Made by a program: the position numbers and the translations under genes
In this document: piece by piece, positions 57,860 to 64,000 of the stretch
How positions within the stretch are numbered: position 1 is the stretch's first letter
Layout: each line of letters begins with the position of its first letter
Notes under the pieces: generated by a model
Seen by the model: the letters and a program-made list of their open reading frames with translations, nothing else
What the model was told of the DNA's origin: nothing
Databases searched by the model: none
From: Octopus vulgaris
Lineage: Eukaryota
Assembly: GCA_951406725.2 (NCBI GenBank)
Contig: OX597816.1
Span: 158,224,001-158,288,000, forward strand
Direction of reading: 5' to 3'
Length of the DNA: 64,000 nucleotides

Positions 57860-58436
57860 GACAAGCTAATGCAAGTTGGAGATGACCCTGACCCTTCCCC
57901 TCTCTATATTGGCTCCAACATCATGGAGTTTGTCAGCTTCTGGACTCCACAGTTACCAACAATGGAGACTTGACCCTGGAGATAACCACATATGTCTGAC
58001 CACTGGGGTCATGTATTCCCTAGGGAACCCCCTTTGGTGCCACTTCACTATCACTTGAAAGATGAAGCTCTGCATCTACAATGTATTGGCCTTCTCCGTT
58101 CTCCTCTATAGTGCAGAAATATGGCCCATGTTGAAAACCCTGGCAAAGGGGATCAATGGCTTCGATAGCAGAGCCCTGAGAAGCATTGAGAAGATCAGAT
58201 GGTACTATTGCATTATCAACAAAGAACTATATGTTTGCACACATTGGCCCACAGCCTCCAACCTCATAATTATCCATCGCATGTGCTGGTACAGACATGT
58301 CCTCTGTCTCCCACAATATCATCCTACCAGGTCTTTACTTTCATTCAATGCAACAACTGTGGGCTGGAAGAGGCCTCATGGCAGGCCTTGCACCAGATGG
58401 CTGCACATAATTGGGGAAGATCTCTGGAGGCTTTAA
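57860..58436 (+). mobile_element. RTE-like LINE ORF C-terminal fragment (second family)
   Basis: KLCIYN....SVLLYSAEIW....I.GFD.RALRSI..I.W....N.ELY and W.RHV.....GWKRP.GRP.TRW. Confidence 0.8.
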
Positions 58437-58539
58437 TTGTACACATCTTTATTTTAATCATTGCTGCTTAGTGTACTTCTAATTAACTAAGCAGTTTAAG
58501 ATGTAGGAAAGGGCCAGACAGGTAGACAAAGAAGCAATA

Positions 58540-58782
58540 TATTTCTTTATTGCCCACAAGGAGCTAAACACAGAGGGGACAAACAAGGACAGACAAAGGG
58601 ATTAAGTCAATTAGATCGACCCCAGTGCGTAACTGGGACTTTATTTATTGACCCCGAAAGGATGAAAGGCAAAGGCGACCTCAGAGGAATTTGAACTCAG
58701 AACGTAACGGCAGATGAAATATCACTAAGCATTTCGCCTGGCGCGCTAACATTTCTGCTAGCTTGCCGCTTGGCAGAAACAT
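58540..58782 (-). mobile_element. Nin-domain-like SINE with 17-bp TSD
   Basis: TAGACAAAGAAGCAATA at 58523-58539 and 58783-58799; the body is the reverse complement of the 19366 and 45170 copies. Confidence 0.85.
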
Positions 58783-60149
58783 TAGACAAAGAAGCAATAA
58801 AAAGTATCATGCCAGCATGGAAGGTAGACATAAATGATGATGATGATAGATGGTGTCATTGTGCCATGTGCATTGGGTCCAGCATGAAGGCTGGCGAATG
58901 GGTCAAGCAGTAAAATGGACAATCCAAGATTCCAGGAGATCAAAAGGCCTAAGTTTACTTGGCTGAGAACAATGAAGTAGGACGCAATAGGTGGAAGCTG
59001 AAACAGAAGCACAGAATAGACAAGGCCAGTGAGAATACATGGAGTATAAAGTAGTGCTTGAGGTAGTAACAATGACTTTGTGGTGACGCCATTTTGGAAG
59101 TCTTCAGTGCGCATGCACAGAGTTGGATTTCTTCTGGGAGGCCGCCGGAAGTTCCCTCATGCGCATGTGCAGAGAACTACCAGCAGCAAAACTCCCCGTG
59201 TATTGATCTCTCTTGCGAAGCTGACACCGAACTAAACAGACGCATTATCGCATCTCTCCCAAGCTGCCAACATGTGGTGAAGCTACACTATGCTGGAACG
59301 AAACAGGTTTTGGTTCACGCCACTTTACTGTGACAAGCTCCATGGCTACCGGTTCGCCCTGAAGGAAATATATATGTAATTATTATTGCAAATCCAATAA
59401 ATAAATAAATAAATATTTATGCTGTTGAAGATATTCGAAGTCTTGATTTTCCTTCGACAAATAATTTAATGTAACGGGATGAGACCTGTACCCCTCAAGT
59501 GTTCCAGACCTTTCATCTTGTTACAACTTATTCTTTATTTCAAAAAATATTTCAAAGTGAAGAAGGGCTTAATGGAGAAAAAAAGACGAGATAAATTTTC
59601 AACTCCATGCATGGAGCAATGAATAGTTCTAAATTTTAGCTCTTGTATAAGTTATTTGTTTGGTAAAAATATGGTATTTGTGGCATTGTACTGGGGTTAC
59701 TCAACAAATGTTTCCAAATCTGTATAAATAATTATAAGAAAAACCATCATAGAAATGGAGTTAAAATGCTTTATTTTCAGAAAGTGAGAAAAAAAGTTTA
59801 AACCAAAAAGTAAATAAATGTATGCAATGTAATCACAGCAAAAAGGAGATTCTTTAAAAATATACAGAGCAAAATAAAATAAAAAGTGGCATAATAGTTG
59901 TGAAAATAAAGTGGCTGATACATTGGCCATTGGTGGTAGGCTTTGTGCCTACTTCCAAATGACAGGTTAGATTTAAGAGGTGCATACACCTGTATAAGCA
60001 AGTGCTGCAGTGTATTAATATGGAAAATGTACGTCAAATTGTGTTAAAAAAAAACTTGAAAAACTTATGAACGGAATGTTTACAGATGAAATTTGTAATC
60101 ATCTTCACTCTTATCACAGTCAAAATAAAGCCATAATGACAGAATAGCC

Positions 60150-60815
60150 TGGGCACTCTGCTGGTGACAAAGGGCCTCTCGCTCAGAGTAAAAGGTAGAC
60201 TGTATGATGCACATGTACGAACAGCCATGCTACATGGCAGTGAAACATGGGCTGTGACTGCTGAGGACATGTGTAAGCTTGCAAGGAATGAAGCCAATAT
60301 GCTCTGATGGATGTGTAATGTCAGTGTGCATACTCGACAGAGTGTAAGTACCTTGAGAGAAAAGTTGGACCTAAGAAGCATCAGATGTGGTGTGCAAGAG
60401 ACGACTGCGCTGGTATGGCCATGTGGCGAGAATGGATGAGGAAAGCTGTGTGAAAAAGTGCTACACCCTAGCGGTTGAGGGAACCTGTGGAAGAGGCAGA
60501 CCCAGGAAGACCTGGGTTGAGGTGGTAAAGCATGACCGTCAAACATTAGGCCTCACCGAGGCAATGACTAATGACCAGGACCTTTGGAAATATGCTGTGC
60601 TTGAGAAGACCCGGCAAGCGAAGTGAGACCATAACCTCGTGGCCTATGCAAGGGGTGTAACCAGCCCACTTATGCGTACCTTTCCTTCATGGGACACTAA
60701 ACACTGCTTGCGAAGACCTGTTGAGGCAAGTGAAATCGAAATCAAATTTGATGACTAACATCTGTGCTAGTGGAGTGCTAAGAGCACCATCCGAGCGTGA
60801 TCGTTGCCAGAGCTT
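60150..60815 (+). mobile_element. RTE-clade LINE 3' fragment
   Basis: KGLSLRVKGRLYDA.VRTAMLHGSETWA and RRLRWYGHVARM..EGTCGRGRPRKTW. Confidence 0.9.
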
Positions 60816-60851
60816 AAAAGTCCCTCCGAATCCTCAGATATGTGATGAATG

Positions 60852-60902
<51 letters not shown>

Positions 60903-61444
60903 CTTTCTCAAGTCCTGTATGTACAAGTGCAGACATATAGCCAAACCTGACTGAAGGAGGCTCCTTGTATGCTGGCTGCACAGAAAGCATGATTCCCATG
61001 AGGTTCTGCGCCTGCTATTACATCCCACCACTGTATCCATGGATTTTACGCTCACACTGACCTAATAAACCACCTCAGGACCCACAAAGTGTAAAGTTAC
61101 TAATCTTTTCATCTTCAGAGACATGAAATATGAACATCAGATGCTTTTAAGTACCAGAGAATCTGAGCTGATTTTTGTGTAAATCAATACAAATTTGAAT
61201 AGTGAAATATTTCTTATGCAATAACATGCTAGTTCTGTGGTCTTCATCCTCATTCAAGGAAATCTTGTTTACCTTGTAAGAGTAGCAGCATTGGGTTAGA
61301 ACCAACATCAGTCTCTCAATGAAATACAACATCAGTATATGAACAATCCAACATAGGTTATAGAAATTCTGTTTCTAAGTTGATTGATTTTGAACCAATA
61401 GACAGTTTAACCACATAGGAATTGGTGGCTTCACTGCAACTTTA

Positions 61445-62230
61445 TGTACAAAGCTGAAAGACTATTCACATTAGGTGAGATGGGTAGGGCACATGTTTGG
61501 ACTTACCACAGCTGGACAACCAACGAGAGGTAGTTGAACTGTATTTTATTCCTCATATCACAGTTCCTTCGTACCACAAGCTATTTTGGCTCTCGTGTAT
61601 AAATATATTTTTCCATTGTTATTGTCCCCTTCTACAAGATGGCAATGAAGATAAGAATCAGCTGCGATGCCGTCAGACCTTTCTGTGGTGAAAGAGATGT
61701 AATCACCTGGATCCGTAAGATCAAGGTGGTGGCCAGGCTACAAGGCATCGATGATGTAGCAGGCCTCACGGCCCTGAACTTGAAAGGATCTGCTAAGCTG
61801 GGAACAGGTCGATGAGTGTGCTGCTGAGGTTCGGAGACTGGTCATGCTATCTGTTTTTACTGGAGAGGGTCTAGAGAAGGAGGCACATCTGGTCTTTGTA
61901 AATTGCTTTGCCAACGATATATCACTGTGACTGCAACAACTGCCAGGTAGTGAGAAAATGACGATGAGCGAGCTCATTGCTCAAGGCCACATGTCAACAC
62001 AAAACACCAGGCAGAAGGCAGTGGTGTTGGTAGCTGCAAAAGCCTGTGACGTAGTGCAACAACCGGTAAAGAATGAGGAGGGAAAACTGCCATGGAGCGA
62101 CAGTGACCATTCATGAGCCGGTGCTTCAAGTGCCAGGGACGAAGCCCGGAGCCATTTGTTACTGGTGCAGGTAGACTGGGAATATCACTTGAAACTGTAG
62201 CCAGGGAAAAGGCCACAGGAAAGTTGCTGC
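61445..62230 (+). mobile_element. Decayed Gypsy-like LTR retrotransposon 5' part (possible LTR, PBS-like site, gag remnant)
   Basis: VRPFCGERDVITWIRKIKVVARLQGIDDVA..L.LKG, then VDECAAEVRRLV and RCFKC (zinc-knuckle start); upstream ...CTACA-AGA-TGGCAATGAAGAT resembles an LTR end plus primer-binding site. Confidence 0.6.
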
Positions 62231-62848
62231 CTCTCAAACTTACCCTGCAAGCAAGTAGAGGTGCTTGTGCAGTGGTGACAAATGTTATGATAAATGTGAG
62301 TCTTTACTTAATCTTATGATAAATCTTAATCCTTGACTTGATGTTTCCTTATAAATCTCATATCATTTATACTGTTGTATATTCTCACTAATTATCCTAG
62401 CTTACTGAATAAAAGATTTACTTCAAAACTTCTTATAACACATGTATAATAACAATCCATTAAATCAGTGTTTCACTGAAGGTCATAAATATCTCTGTAC
62501 AGATATAAAAAAGAATTTTATGGCTTTAGAGTCTTTGTTAGCCATCTCCTTCATCAATCACGTTACGCTATACATTGAATAAAGGGTCATAACAAGACGT
62601 ATAACTGGTGACACTAAAACTGTAAACAGGGGTAGGCTGTAATATTGCAGGTAAAATGTGAAATCTCGAATTGACATGATGTCAAAGATTCTGAGGGTGC
62701 CTCGGCTGGATGGGGGTAGACATCTGGTTCGCCAGTAAAACAGAACATTCTGGAAATATGCTGTATCGTGTTGTTTTGAAAGAATCATTCCCTAGAAATA
62801 AAATTCGATAAATAATTTAAATTTTATACAAACAAACAAATGAAGGTT

Positions 62849-63106
62849 CATCATCATCATCATCATCATCGTTTAACGTCCGCTTTCCATGCTAGCATGG
62901 GTTGGACGGTTCAACTGGGGTCTGGGGAGCCCGAAGGCTGCACCAGGCCAGTCAGATCTGGCAGTGTTTCTACAGCTGGATGCCCTTCCTAACGCCAACC
63001 ACTCCGAGAGTGTAGTGGGTGATTTTAGGTGCCAGACGAGGCTGGCGAACGGCCACACTCGGATGGTGTTTTTTATGTGCCACCGACACAGGTGCCAGAC
63101 GAGGCT
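62849..63106 (-). mobile_element. Representative RTE 3'-tail repeat (about 30 copies in the window by eye)
   Basis: Consensus GTGGCACGTAAAAAGCACCCACTACACTCTCGGAGTGGTTGGCGTTAGGAAGGGCATCCAGCTGTAGAAAC...CCATGCTAGCATGGAAAGCGGACGTTAAACGATGATGAT; near-identical copies at ~29770, ~32800, ~41852, ~42435 and ~49210. Confidence 0.9.
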
Positions 63107-63559
63107 ATACAAAATACTTCTTCAAAACTGATCTGATATTTAACATTCAAAATGGTGTATATGCACACACATATACAATTTCCCCCCATGTTGTCTAAAC
63201 TCTGAACTCTGTCTGAAATGTCAGAAACTCTATTTCCAATGGCAATTTTATCTCTACTCTTTCTGTCACATTTTTCAAACAACACAGGTCTTGCTGAAGG
63301 AGAACCCTACCAAATCTTCTGCCGTTTTGTTTGATATACAAATACACACTCATACATACATATATATATATATATAGTTGAAATTTATAGTGAAACAAAA
63401 GACGAAAACAGGTGTATGAACAACCAAATGCATTAGTTTGATGCTTGGGAAAATGAAAAAGTTTTTTATGTTTCGAGCCTACACTCTTCAACAGAAAGGA
63501 GTAAGAGAAAATAAAGAGAGAATGAAAAAACTTGTAGATTTCAGCAGTTCAACATGGTG

Positions 63560-64000
63560 TGTGTGTGTATGGGTGAGGACAGTTGTGTAAAGAAGTGCCA
63601 ATTTCTAACTGTGGAGGGAACCTGTGGTAGAGGTAAAGCCAGGAAGACATGGGACGAGGTAGTGAAGCATGACCATCAAACTTTGGGCCTCACAGAGGCA
63701 ATAATTAGTGACCAAGACCTTTGGTAATATGCCATGCTTGAGAAGACCCATCAAGCCAAGTGAAATTGTAGCCATGGCCACTGCTGGTGTCACGTAACTG
63801 GTACGTAAAGAGCATATTTTGAATGTTGGGTATCAAGGTGGCAATTACAAATGACCGAGACCTTTGGTATCATGCTGTGCTTGAGAAGTCCTGTCAAGCC
63901 AAGTTAAACCATAGTTGTGGAGATACTGGTCATGCAAATGGCACTTGTGCCAGTGGAACCCATTACATTCTAGGATTGGTTGACATTAGGAAGGGCATGA
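63560..64000 (+). mobile_element. RTE-clade LINE 3' fragment running off the window
   Basis: [21 protein letters not shown], followed by the same 3' UTR as 60540-60800. Confidence 0.85.

Overview
AT-rich, repeat-dense animal genomic DNA, most likely a coleoid cephalopod (Octopus-like; inferred only from the SINE/LINE families). The six-frame ORF track is mostly noise. Manual splicing reveals two convergent intron-rich genes: NUP93 on + (23 coding exons, 5887..39117, 2466 nt, 821 aa, all GT-AG, frame consistent) and ARL2BP/BART on - (6 coding exons, 52387..41629, 471 nt, 156 aa). The rest is mobile DNA: about 30 3' tails plus larger fragments of an RTE-clade LINE, CR1-like fragments, several tRNA-derived SINE families, Tc1/mariner, hAT, piggyBac and Merlin-like non-autonomous transposons, Penelope-like/foldback palindromes and a decayed Gypsy-like gag. 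I see no CRISPR array or prokaryote-type system. The best leads are: a partial duplication of ARL2BP exon 5 that looks like an alternative terminal exon, a head-to-head tRNA-like palindrome next to a decayed hammerhead-like motif, Merlin-like foldback elements carrying telomere-like repeats, modular tandem arrays in the RTE 3' UTR, and NUP93-ARL2BP linkage. Coordinates were counted by hand, and homology calls rest on recalled protein sequences, not searches.
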